From Selaginella moellendorffii (taxonomy: Eukaryota; Plantae; Lycopodiophyta), in the NCBI RefSeq assembly GCF_000143415.4, contig NW_003314285.1, forward strand, positions 647,370 to 711,369: DNA of 64,000 bases. The letters are read 5' to 3'. Below are positions 1 through 11,450 of this stretch, in pieces; position 1 is the first letter of the stretch; every line of letters starts with the position of its first letter. The notes under the pieces were generated by a model that was not told the DNA's origin, ran no database searches, and was given only the letters and a program-made list of their open reading frames with translations. A program made the translations under genes and the position numbers.

Positions 1-268
1 TCCGACCGTTATTTTGCTCCAAGATTCTACAGTTTGGTGTGACATTGACCTTTCCGATGCGACACTGCAAAGGGACATCAACTTCACGAATGCGGGATCA
101 CAAGAAACCAACTTCACTAACTCTGGTTTCACCAAGATCTACGTAAGGAGTTATGAAATGAAAGGATCTTCTCTATTGAAATGTTGTTTATGGTCCTAAG
201 GGCATTGTGACATATCCAAGGATTTTCATCAAGTTCTGTATTTGCATGTTTATCAAGCTACTGAATTG

Positions 269-300
269 CTAAACCCTAGACCCTAAACCCTAACCCTAAA
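269..300 (+). repeat. Short interstitial plant telomere-like array (CCCTAAA variants)
   Basis: ctaaa-ccctaga-ccctaaa-ccctaa-ccctaaa. Confidence 0.7.
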
Positions 301-636
301 CATGTGGCAAATGCTGCGTGAAGAAAGATGCCCTTTCTGGGCAAATGCTGTAAGAGGCAGATGCCGAGCAGATGTATCTCAGGCTAGCGAAGGGGACAAA
401 CGAAAGCTAGCTATAAACATGACGGGATGCAAATAGATTACTAGGCTGGTCCTGCGAAAATCAAAAACCATAATTGAAAACATTGAAAATGCAAAAAGAA
501 AGGTTTATAATATTTTTGAATTTTAAGCAACCAAAGGAATGTAAGTAGGGCATGTGTTTGTAAGTTTAAAAATGCCTCAGCCATATAAATTCCCAAGTAA
601 ATAAAGCTGTTTCTATTTTTGGTACAGGTAAACTTT

Positions 637-1516
637 ATAGCGTGTGGGCTCATGCAATTTTGAACCCAAAAATGCACCAAAAGATGCTCGACTAGCATTA
701 TTCTTTGAATGGCATGTGGCATTATATTGCCATAAATGGACGTACACACACAGCATAATTATTCCTTTACACGGCGAATAATCTTGGCGCGGATCGCTGA
801 CATGGCATGGCAAAGTTCGAATCACTGACATGGCACAGCTGGATCGAGGCAAGGACATGATGTGACAAAGTTCAACCTCCGACAGCAAAGTCTAGAAGCT
901 ACTCAGTTTGAAATTTGTCAGAGGAATCATAAGATCTGGTTTGTCAGAGGATTTGATGTGACGTTCAAACGTGTGTTATTTTTGAATTCTCGAACTCATT
1001 CCTAGGTCTATCATTTTTGTGCGCCGTGTTCTTGGTTCCGCTGAGCGCAGTGAGCGCTGCTTGTGTAAGCGGCGTTGTGAGCTGTGGTTTATGCGTCTAC
1101 AAGCGGTTGCGGCATTGCGAGCGCCATTGCGAGCGGCAGTTTATGCGAGTGGCAGTTTGTGCGAGCGGCGCTACGAGCAGTTGCGGTGTTGCGAGCGGCG
1201 CTACGAGTAGTTGCGGTGTTGCGAGCGGCACTGTCTTTGGTGTGGCTACCGCTTCCTCTTGATATTCGGCACTTGTGCTTCCTGGTATGTTCACCATGGA
1301 ATGGTTTAGGACCACATTTAGAAATGGCATGAGGCCACATGCCATCTTGGGCCCTTGCAATTTCATGGCTAGCGTAGTGTCATGTATGATGGCATGAGGC
1401 CTCATGCCATTAGTGGTACCACTAATGGCATGAGGGCTCATGCCAATTTTGTGAATGCGAAATTTCATGTGGGTGTCAATAGCATGTTTGAATAATGGCA
1501 TGTGGCCTCATGCTAT
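637..1516. repeat. Cluster of 22-bp palindromes (consensus ATGGCATGAGGCCTCATGCCAT) upstream of the transposase
   Basis: Copies at 637 (17/22), 709 (half site), 1324, 1389 (perfect palindrome), 1425 and 1495; 1391-1444 is a 54-bp higher-order palindrome centred on GGTACC with one mismatch. Confidence 0.9.
1100..1232 (+). repeat. GC-rich tandem repeat (~30-bp unit, GCGAGCGGC core)
   Basis: gcgagcggcgctacgagYagttgcggtgtt about 2.3 times, plus shorter gcgagcg(g/c)ca units upstream. Confidence 0.8.
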
Positions 1517-1598
1517 TGAGGTTGTTTGGTATGTTATGATTTAGGCCATTCTCCAATCATTTTTTGTATGGTCTTAACTTCTTTTCTGCACTTTCAGA

Positions 1599-4500
1599 AT
1601 GGCCTTCAGGGTTGGGGAAAAGGTTTACATTTTGAATGGTGGGAAGAGAGTTGCAAAAGGGACCCTTGTGTCTATGGATCGGAACTTTGTTATACACTGT
1701 CAAAGGCTTGGGGAAGGCAATGCTGCTGTATCAGTAGAGACTGTCTTCGATGGGAATGTGGTCGCTATTGAACGAGGAGAGATGGTCGTCGGGGTAAATG
1801 TTGTTGTTGCCTTGAAAAATCTTCAGAAGAAAGCAGATGTTGGGGACAGCGCAAGTGCGACGCATGTTCCCTCCGTGGATCTTAAGAACCGTGCTAGATG
1901 GATTCAGGCAAAGGTGTTTCTAAACAACCCCGAGGGGGAGGTGGTAGCTGAGGGCTTAGCCACAGTTGTCGATCCAAGAGATGCGGTTGCTAATCAAGAA
2001 TTGGGCTGGGATGATATTGGAGTTGCAATTTTAGAGGTTGTTGACACAGAAGAAAACAGTCTGACTATTGGAAGCATTGTGCGGTGGAAATTGAGGCATT
2101 TAGTGTTTGAGAATGTGAAGGATTCACAATCAAACACCACTACAACTGATGACAGAACATCTCTTCATGGGAAAAGAAAGTACACCTTCCTACAGCGCAG
2201 CCAAAGGGATCTGAGCAACGAACTGAAAAGGCAGAAAATGGCGATGGAGGTTCGAATGGTCTCGACAGTTGCTTGTTGCAAGAGGAGGTGCTGTCAACAT
2301 GCTGATTGGGATGCTATTGAAGAGGAGAGAGCAAGATACAAGACATTATCCTGGAAGGCAGCTCGCAATTTTGTGTATGAGGCATTACGGTCATCTGTTG
2401 ATGCTTCAGAACATCAGGTGGGGGGCATGGTCTTCCAGAGGGGTTTGGTCTGCATGAAGGCATGGAGAATCATTTATGGAGTCCCTCGAAGCACATTCTA
2501 CAGAATCAAAACTGAGTTCGAGGAACAAAAGGTTCAACAGGCAGTCCATGGGAACGACGGTACGCACAAAACCAGGGGTCATGTTGTATATGGAGAGGCA
2601 ATCTTCAAGAGGTTTGTCGAGACATGTAGCGAGCAGCAACCACATAAAACCCGCCTCTTGGAAGATGGAACACGAGACACCCAACGAGTTCTCCCTTCCA
2701 TGTATACCAAGGGGGCCATATTGGAAGATGTGAATCGGGAACTCCAGAGTAATGGCTACAGGAAGCTGAGCCAATCTAGATTTAGTAGATTGTGGAGCAA
2801 CAGGTTCAGGGATGTGAGTATAGGAAAGTACTCCAGCTTTTCAAAGTGTGACGAGTGCACTGCTATCAAAATGGCTTTGTCGAAGAATTCTTGCAGCGCT
2901 CAAGAGCGAGAGACGTTGGTTAGAAGGCGGCTCGACCACAACATCGAGCAGAGAAGCTGCAGGACTGCATATTATCATAACAGGATTCTCTCCATGGAGA
3001 GACCTGACTCTTACCTCTGCATCATCCACGACAAAATGGACCAGAAAAAGACGTGCTTACCTCGACTCAATCCTGCCCCCAAGGCAATCTCTTCATCCAT
3101 GCAGCTGCCTGTGTCTCTGTTTGGCATAATCGCTCATGGGCATGGTGCCCAGAACTATGGGAACTTCTTTGTACCTCTATGGGGTGGCGGGGGTGCAAAC
3201 ATGATGATTGCGTCCTTAGCAAAACACTTAAGGTCTCTGCAAAGTGCGCAGACTGAGCTGAACGGCCAACCCTTGCATAAGGCCCTTGTCGATCGAACCC
3301 CATACAGGGTTCAGCTGGAGGAGGAGCAAAGGCTTGCAGTATCGCGTGGGGCCCCATGCCATCCCAGTGAATATGTTGGCCGTCAGATTGTAGGGTTATC
3401 ACGTGAGGCCTCATGTCATTCCGACGAGGCTGGTCGCCCGGTGAATGCACAGCCTCATCCAAACGAAGCAGAATCTCAAGGAAGTTCTTGCAGCCAATGT
3501 GGCCTTCCACCCCATCTTCTGCTCCAAACAGACAATGCTGGCAGTGAGAACAAAAACATGTACGTCTTCGCGTACTTGGCGATGCTTGTTGCCAAAGGCA
3601 TATTTGAAACGGTTACACTTGGCTTTCTCATGGTTGGGCACACTCATGAAGACGTCGATGCCATGTTCAGTCACCTGGCAGAGTCCCTCCGGCGATCCAA
3701 TGTCCTCACCCTCCCACAACTCTACGATGAATTCCAAAATTGCATCAAAGGCACTGTTGAAGCTGCACTTGTGACAGAGGTTCCAGACTTTAAGGGGTTT
3801 GTAAGAGGCTACATCAGGGACGGATCCGAAACGCTGATTGGCCACTCCAAGCCTCTTCAGTTTCATTTCAGCATGCGTGACGGTGCTCCAGTGATGAGGT
3901 ACAAGATGAGAGAATGGGACACAGTGTGGCTGCCAGTGGATGGCATTGAACTCTTCAAGAGAGATCCCATAATTGGGGAACCTATGATTCCTCAGGGTTC
4001 CCCACGGCCGATGCACCCGGATGGACTCAAAGACCAGGAAAGTATAGTGGCCGGGATTAGACAGCATATTGCCTTCTGGAAGAGGGGGTTGGTGTTTGGT
4101 GGAGAATCCTATTTTAAGAGGTGCAAGCCTTTGCTCGAATACTGGGAGAAGATTATATCTGCTATCCAAAATGGGCCGGTTGTATATGAAGAATTGGAAG
4201 AGTCCTTTTGGCCAGAACCCAGAGCACCAGATAGTAGCGGAACAATGTCCTCTGGAAATGCAGTGACAGATAACGATGTTGAGGATCACTATTGTGGGCC
4301 GAGGAACAAGAAGCCGGATTCAGCATTCAATCCAGTACAGGTCTGCAAAGGAATGGTCGTGCTTGTCAGACCCAGTAATAAAAAACAAATGATATGGGTG
4401 GGGCGCTGCATCACTGATGCAGAGGAGGACGCGGAAACTAACTCCTTCAATGTAACTGTGAAGTGGTTCAAGCCAAGTTCCGGATATACGAAGGATTGCC

Positions 4501-4740
4501 TAGAAAAGAGATGGGTGCTGAATCCAAGGGATCCCAGCATGAGCATATCGGTGGATAATGTTGTGCATGGTTGGATGCGGAAGCAGAGTGCCACCATCAC
4601 CTTGCCAGACCATGCAAGAGATGCAGCAAGAGCATTCATAACCCGGGTTCAAGGTGAGATTCATTAATATTCCTTTACTAAGTTTCTAATGTATTTTATT
4701 TCAAGGTGAACAATCCGAATCTGAATCAGAGGAGGCGTGA
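1599..4740 (+). CDS. DDE transposase-like protein (Sola1/DUF7869-like) with two N-terminal En/Spm Tnp1-like modules and a C-terminal beta-barrel-like domain; ORF 1599-4667, probable terminal exon 4706-4740
   Basis: 1022-aa uninterrupted ORF with CCxxxC, CxxC, HDKMDQ, LLLQTDNAGSENKN and FLMVGHTHEDVDAMF motifs. A 52-nt GT..AG intron (4654-4705) would give the in-frame tail GEQSESESEEA*. An acceptor-like ttttctgcactttcag lies just before the ATG. Confidence 0.75.
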
Positions 4741-5169
4741 TGGCATGTGGCCCTTTGCACTAGTATATCTTAATACCGGTCTGAGAAATAGAATGGCATG
4801 TGCCCTCAGGCCTTTTACTAAATCACCTTTGAAAGAAATGCAAGCCTCTATGTCGTAAAAAAAAGGTACTAGAGAAATTCCTTAATAATATGAATGTTAT
4901 TTAGTTTCATGAAAATACACTAAGGGTCAAATGAGTTAAATGACTTCTCCAGACTAGCAATGCCTCTTGCTACACCTTCACAATTAGATTCGTTAGAAAA
5001 AGATAACATTGAATAATATCTAAATGTTCTCACCATTAAGTTATATGTCTGGCTAATAGGAATGACGTTCATCTTGGAAAGCTCACCACACGCTCAATGA
5101 ACAAACAAATAGTGTGTGCGCGCATGCCATCGCTCTTCTTTAGCTTCAGATTCGGCTTGTTCACCTTGA
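4701..5169. repeat. Inverted repeat pair (4701-4750 vs 5120-5169) plus two more palindrome copies (4740, 4793)
   Basis: TCAAGGTGAACAATCCGAATCTGAA (4701-4725) matches the reverse complement of 5145-5169 at 24/25; weaker similarity extends to GATGGCATG. Confidence 0.8.
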
Positions 5170-6378
5170 CAATGAGATTTTTTATACAACCAGATGGACT
5201 CAGTCTGGACACAAAGTCACCGCGCTAGTCACCATGCCCCAGATATGTCTAGCCCCTGGACAAAAAACATATAATTTCACGTCATTTTCAAATACTTGAA
5301 AATTTGTACCTAGTCCCATTTTACTGAATAAATCCCACTTTAACGAAATAGAGCTTATATCCAAATGATAGTGGTGTGGAACTTGAGTTTCAGGGCTTTA
5401 GGCTACTGAATGAAAGAATGGAACCAAAGTTCTAAGCATGGAACCAAGGAACAATGGCACTAAAGCATAGAATGACTCCCACAGCCCAAAGAGCAAAGGG
5501 ACAAAAACATGAAGTGACTTGGAACAATTTTAGAGCATCAAACATCTCAATGCTAGGACTAACATGTAAAACAGAGCTAAATGAAATTTGGCACTATTTC
5601 AGCATACTAGTGACCTAATGCGAGGATATAGGTACTCCACCAATTTACATGGTATGAAACTTAGGCTTAGACCCAAGCCAGATGCAAAACAAGGACAGAC
5701 ACTCAAGTAGGAGCTAGACTATGCCTCAAGTTGGTCGACTATGCTCAACTTACCCACTATCCTTATTATACATTTAAAACCCCCCATAACTGCCACCCCC
5801 TTGAGGACACTTTGGGCTTTCACCCTAAGCCCTTAGTATCAGGAGTTAGTCTCTAGGACAAGGTTAAAACTTACTAAATATGGAATATTTTTAGATTGCG
5901 AATTTGGACAGGGAATAAACACCATTGTGTTCAAGACAATCTCTACATTTTGTAGATATGCCAAATGAGCAAATCTAAACACTTTCCAAAAATAGCATTT
6001 AAGACCGAATGGTACTAACACAAAGTGTATGATAGCGAAAGTGTTTGGCAAACATGGTAAGTTACCATCTAGCGAATATTGAGGGACCAAACTCAATATT
6101 GCAAGGGTTCTCAACACTAATAAGTGCAAGTCAACAAATGAGTTTCTCTAACCAGGTCAAGTATACTTGATTAATAGCACTTAGGAATTCCATCCTTATG
6201 CTCATCTGATCAAGCGCACATGTAAAGACCAGTTTCTCAACTAGCTTAGGCAAAGACTGATAAAGGATCCAACAATACTGACCTACTACCGTCGTGGCAG
6301 TAAGGAAAGAATATTTAAAAGGATTAGCTAACAGGTAACTTTTGATACCCGAAGTCACATTCAAGACAGTTTATTGTT

Positions 6379-7032
6379 TGTAGCGCACCTTATCTCTCTC
6401 CCTTTAAGCCAACTGGAAAAAGGGCAATTGCTTGATGAGAAAGCCCTTAGTGGCTATTTTATCCTTATTTATCCCCCAAGGTTCCAAGGATCCACGGTGA
6501 CAATATATCCAAATTTCATCCCATGATCACATGTGCTACACTCACCCCCCCCCCCCCCCCCCCCTCATTGACTATTGACTAACAACCTCTACTGAGCCAA
6601 GGGGAACTAGCACTTCCATTTCCACACTGAATCTACCAATCCTTCCATTGTGTAGACCAGTTATTCCATGTGAGGCAACTAGTCATCCACCTATACCGCA
6701 ATCCCACGGTGGATACCTTCGTCCGTGGATACTCCACACAAGAGAAAGGACGTACGCATGGATGCCCAATATGTACGATTTCATATTTAGGGGTAGGAAT
6801 ATACCTTGCTCAAGGGTATATTATATTTTTAAGTAGCCACTAATCAATAGCCATTTTCTCTAATACCAACTGTAACGCACCTTATCTTTCTCCCCTTAAG
6901 CCAATTGGAAAAGGGGCAATTGCTTGATGAGAGAGCCCTTAGTTGCTATTTTATCCCCATTTATCCCCCAAGGTTCCAAGGATCCACAGTGACAATATAT
7001 CCAAATCTCATCCCATGATCACATGTGCTACA
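6379..7032 (-). mobile_element. TRIM (terminal-repeat retrotransposon in miniature): two 162-bp LTRs and a 330-bp non-coding core
   Basis: LTRs 6379-6540 and 6871-7032, both TGT..ACA and near identical; poly-C (PPT on minus) right after 6540; TGGTATTAGAG iMet-like PBS on minus before 6871; flanks ttgtt/ttttt (4/5 TSD). Confidence 0.9.
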
Positions 7033-10000
7033 TTTTTGCACTAAGCAACATAGCATCATGACCTCCATCCTCAACGTATCCTTTTGGTTCTACAGCAAAG
7101 GCTTTGCTTTGCCAAGTCCAGAGGGTGTTCACCCCTAGTAAGTCTCTTTAGCATTTTCTATTATGGGCTTTATGCATAACCCAACTTAGTGACCCACCCA
7201 TAAGTCCCTTTCTTACATTCGCAATACCATTGCATTGTCATAGTTCATTTCCCTTATGTGTCTTTCCTAGTTAGTCACTTCGACTAAGCCACACCATTAA
7301 CAATAGTTCAAATTAACACTTTGAACTAGGACTTTTATTCCTTAACCTCACAAGGACCTTGTCCTTGTTTTAGCCATAAGATCACCTAATGATTTAATTT
7401 TGACACCTTAATAGGTTTGTCAATAAGTATTAGGACTTTTAAACCTTTAACTTGTTGACCATGACCTTGGGGGCATCCCCAACACTTGACAGTGCATCCA
7501 AGCTAGCCCTTCTAGCCAAGGGTCCATAACAATTGAGATTGGGTGTCCCCATCTCATTCACCACGTCTTTAGTGCCACTCTAACCAAAGTGTTCAAGTTA
7601 TATATGCTAAGCTTTCACATTAAAAAATTTAACTGTGCATCATTACTCTGGGGCATTCCCTATTTGGCAATGTGCCCAAGACAATCTTCTCACTAAGAGT
7701 CTATGACCACCGAAAAATGAGTGTCTTCATATTCCAAACTATCACCATGCCTGGTGAGTTAGAACTCAAACCCAAACACTAAAGGGTTGGGACTTGAACT
7801 TAACCTCTATACATGCATCTACAGACGGCATCACCTAGGATGCCTGGCATGACTCCCCATACCAGTGCACCAATTTATACTTAAGGCATACTATAAATCA
7901 CAGCTTAGGAATCTAATTCCTCTGCATTGCCAAATCCTCTCACTTGATAAATCTGTAATCATGCATGGACTCCTCCATACTTGGCCCCATAGGCCACCCT
8001 TTTTTGAAGTCAACACCTTCAACTAGGGTCTTTATTCCCTCTAACTTGCTGATCTCACTTAGCAAATCATTTGACTAGTGTAATATAGTTTCATACATAA
8101 GTGTAAAAGTATTTAACCATTAACTCTCTTTGAACATTCAGGGATTTCCCTAACTTTGATAGTCTTACCTCATGGCAAGTTTCAAGACCACACTTTTGCT
8201 ACACCACTCTAATTTCACATGTTTTGTGAACCATTTACACTAGGTACTAACTAACCTAGAATTGTTTTTAGGAACCTTGAAAGGACTATCCCTTAATTTG
8301 CTAAGGCCTCATTTTTTGCAAGTTTCTAATTGTCATACAGTCTAACTTGTCTAACCACCTTTGATTATACCTTTCGATTCCTAAAGTTAAATTTCATCCC
8401 TTTACTACTTACTTTTTGGCCCTGTGCCTTCTCTTTAATTATTCTCCTCCCATCTAGGAGGGTAGTTTTGCACTTTCTATTATGCCTTAGCAAGTATTCT
8501 TAAGGATGAACCTATTTAATAACTTATGGAATGATTCTTCAATTTGGATATACTCACCATGTAATTTCACACACCAGGATTAATGTTGTTACGCATGGGC
8601 CTCTTTATGCCCATTGCTAGCCATGCTAAAATCCTTTTTTAGCTTTGTCCAATTTGAATAGATGGACTTCTCTTATCTCCGCAACTTTAAACATTGGATA
8701 GCACCTTTTATCTATTATTCATTAGGGATTTAGTCTCTTGGGCCTTATCTAATGCCCTCATGATTCCAAACACCACTCCCTAGTGTTTCAGAGTATTTTG
8801 GTGTTCTAATGATGACCTTCTTTGACAATGAGCATTTTCCTTTACAAGATTGACTTATTATATCTCAACATAAACAATTTATCCTTCGGAGGGGTATATC
8901 TAACCTCCTTATCTCAATAACAAGTCTTGGGTAGTCAACTTCTACTAATCCAATTAATTATTTTTCACCTTTTGCTTAGTTGCCTCATAGTTATTAAGTC
9001 CTACAACTCATTGCTAGTGCTTCCACACTTCCATCATTATTTGGGTTACTACACTTTAACCATATGCCTTTTAACTTATGTTGTGCTATTTTTATTTCCA
9101 TTAGGATTCCTTTGGCAAGGGGTTCTCATGAACCTACTAACTTGACCTCAAGGCATCATACCTTGGCACATTTGGTGTTTTTACACCATCGGCTCTATGA
9201 ATGTACCTTTACGATACTTCCCACTTATGTCTAAATCTTTGCCAAGACCAATATAGTCATTTCTTATGCTAATTATCAATTAGCACTATGCCATAGTGTT
9301 CACATATAACTCTAAGCCAAAGTTGCTTTCTTCTAGGAACACTTTTCCTATGACTTTAGTATGGTGCCTTCTGCCATCAATAAAATACACATTGTTCTCA
9401 TACTTAGATTTTATGATCCTCCCCATCCTTCGTAAGGTGCCATGCATCTTAATCCAAATGCTTCCATTAGTCCTTTAGGACCATTCCTTGACACGTTATT
9501 TAGCTTTTTAGAATTTACTAATTCAACGACCCGTAAGGTTTTAGCCTCATAGCTATTTTGAGGTGCCAGTTCACTGAAATACAACTTTTTGTATTCATCT
9601 CTTACTCACAAAGACCATCTTTACAAGTGTTATTTTGACACTTGATTATTTTTCATTCCCTATGGGTTACTTTTGCCCCTTATGACTATCTATCCATATG
9701 ATGAGAATACTGACTTATCTTCTAAATACACCCCTAACTCCTTGGGTTATTCTAGCATTTATTAAAGGTAACCCTGGCTACCATTTCAAGGACTTATGTC
9801 CTCTTCCATATTTGACCTCTCATAGTCTTTAATTCTAATATCAAATTCATGAGCACTAACCTTAACTATATGAGGATAATTTTATGACTTCTTTATTGTT
9901 TTGGAGTCTCTATCTTTCTTGTGATCCCAACTATAGTTGTTTACCACAAATACATTAATCAGTTTGCTAAGTCAAACGCTCATTTGAATCACATCCTCAA

Positions 10001-11119
10001 CTCTCTAAGGAAAACCTTATACTATTTCTAAGATCCCAAAGTCATTCTCTTATTGGCCCTTTTTTATCCACCACCTTGTTTACAAGTTCACACATGAACT
10101 GTAGTGGAGATCCATGTCCTCCTAACCTGCTACTCCTCAAGGATAGGCCCACTCCTAGGACCTTTCAATGCTAACACAGGTGGTGATATATTTGAACATT
10201 AGTAAAAGTCAGACTAAGGAACAGTTTTGATACCAAATTATAAGAAACTAAATTTTCCATTATACTTTAGTCACTTAACTACACTTCTGACCACTTGGAA
10301 AAGTTTCACTCACAACCTCCATAAGTCCTATTCTAGATTTGGGGACTTGCTAGACCCGAGAGTGGCATCCATTCCACTCAACCTTTACACTTGGTCCAAG
10401 TGCTCCATGTATCTGATCCCATGACCAACACTCAAAAGTACCACTAACATATCAGTCTGTTAACTAAGGCCATGCTTATTCACCTTTGTCACACCGGTGA
10501 TCCAACATCACCTATATCACAATCTTGTTTTTCAAAAATTGGGCCACCCATCTATGAATCATCATCCTAGATTCACTCCTTAACCTTCTTAAGATGCCCG
10601 TAGACATAGGGAACAACTTTCCCCAATATCCCTTTTTTAGTCCCCACTAAGTCCCTTTCTATCCATGGCCGTGTTTGCCAACACTACCATTAAGTCAAGG
10701 CCCACAGGCCTGACCATTAAGTCCCACTGTCCTTTGGGATTTCCTCACCATGTGATTGTATCCTTGGTCACTACACCAAAGGATTATTCTTCTTTCTTTC
10801 TATAGTTTGGGACTTTGGGATAACATTTCAAAACACCATTAGGTACTTTCCCCACCTTCCGCCTTTGGGTGCTTTAGCCATAGGGCTGGAGCGAAGTTTC
10901 ATTGAGCCACGCTAGATATCCAGGTAGGTAGTGCCACCCACACTTGGACTGGGAGCATTAACTATTTGATCTCCCGGGGGAACTAGAGCCAATTCTTGAA
11001 CACTTCACCATGCTACCCCACTTGTCAATTCGTATTCACTCTAGCCTTGGACTCCTCAGTGGATATATTATCACCCAACATGTGGGCATAGCCTTCCTGG
11101 GACACACTAGCCTTTCCTA

Positions 11120-11450
11120 GTCTCGGTTCCATCTCGGACTCCATCTCAGACTTCATCTCGGGTCCATCTCGAACTCCATTTTGGACTCCATCTCGGGTCC
11201 ATCTCAGACTCCATCTTGAGTCCATATTAGACTCCACCTCAGACTCTTTCTCAAGTCTATCTTGGACTCTATCTCAGACTCCTTCTGATCTCCATCTCAG
11301 ATTCCATCTCAGATCCATTTCAAACTCCACCTCAAACTCCTTCTCAGGTCCATCTCGGACTCCATCTTGGATTCCATCTTGGGTCCATCTCAAACTCCAT
11401 CTCAGGTCTCTCTTGGACTCCATCCTAGACTCCATCTCGGGTCCCTTTTC
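11120..11450 (-). repeat. 11/12-bp tandem repeat (GATGGAGTCCGA / GATGGACCCGA) inside gypsy family A
   Basis: Reverse complement of the 14340-14770 array. Confidence 0.85.

Noticed and set aside
1-430. Exon fragments at the window start
   Set aside because: Truncated by the window edge, with no identifiable domain.
1324-1516. Palindrome cluster as a CRISPR or REP array
   Set aside because: Spacing is irregular, no cas or HUH/RAYT gene is present, and copies also occur inside and after the ORF.
3411-4289. 292-aa minus-strand ORF and other short antisense ORFs over real genes
   Set aside because: Shadow ORFs of coding strands with no recognisable motifs.
430-5305. Terminal inverted repeats and TSD for the transposase element
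   Set aside because: No convincing TIR pair found by eye; the right end may be lost at the LTR insertion.
6379-7032. Cassandra (5S rRNA-bearing) TRIM
   Set aside because: No 5S A/C-box similarity is visible in the LTR on either strand.
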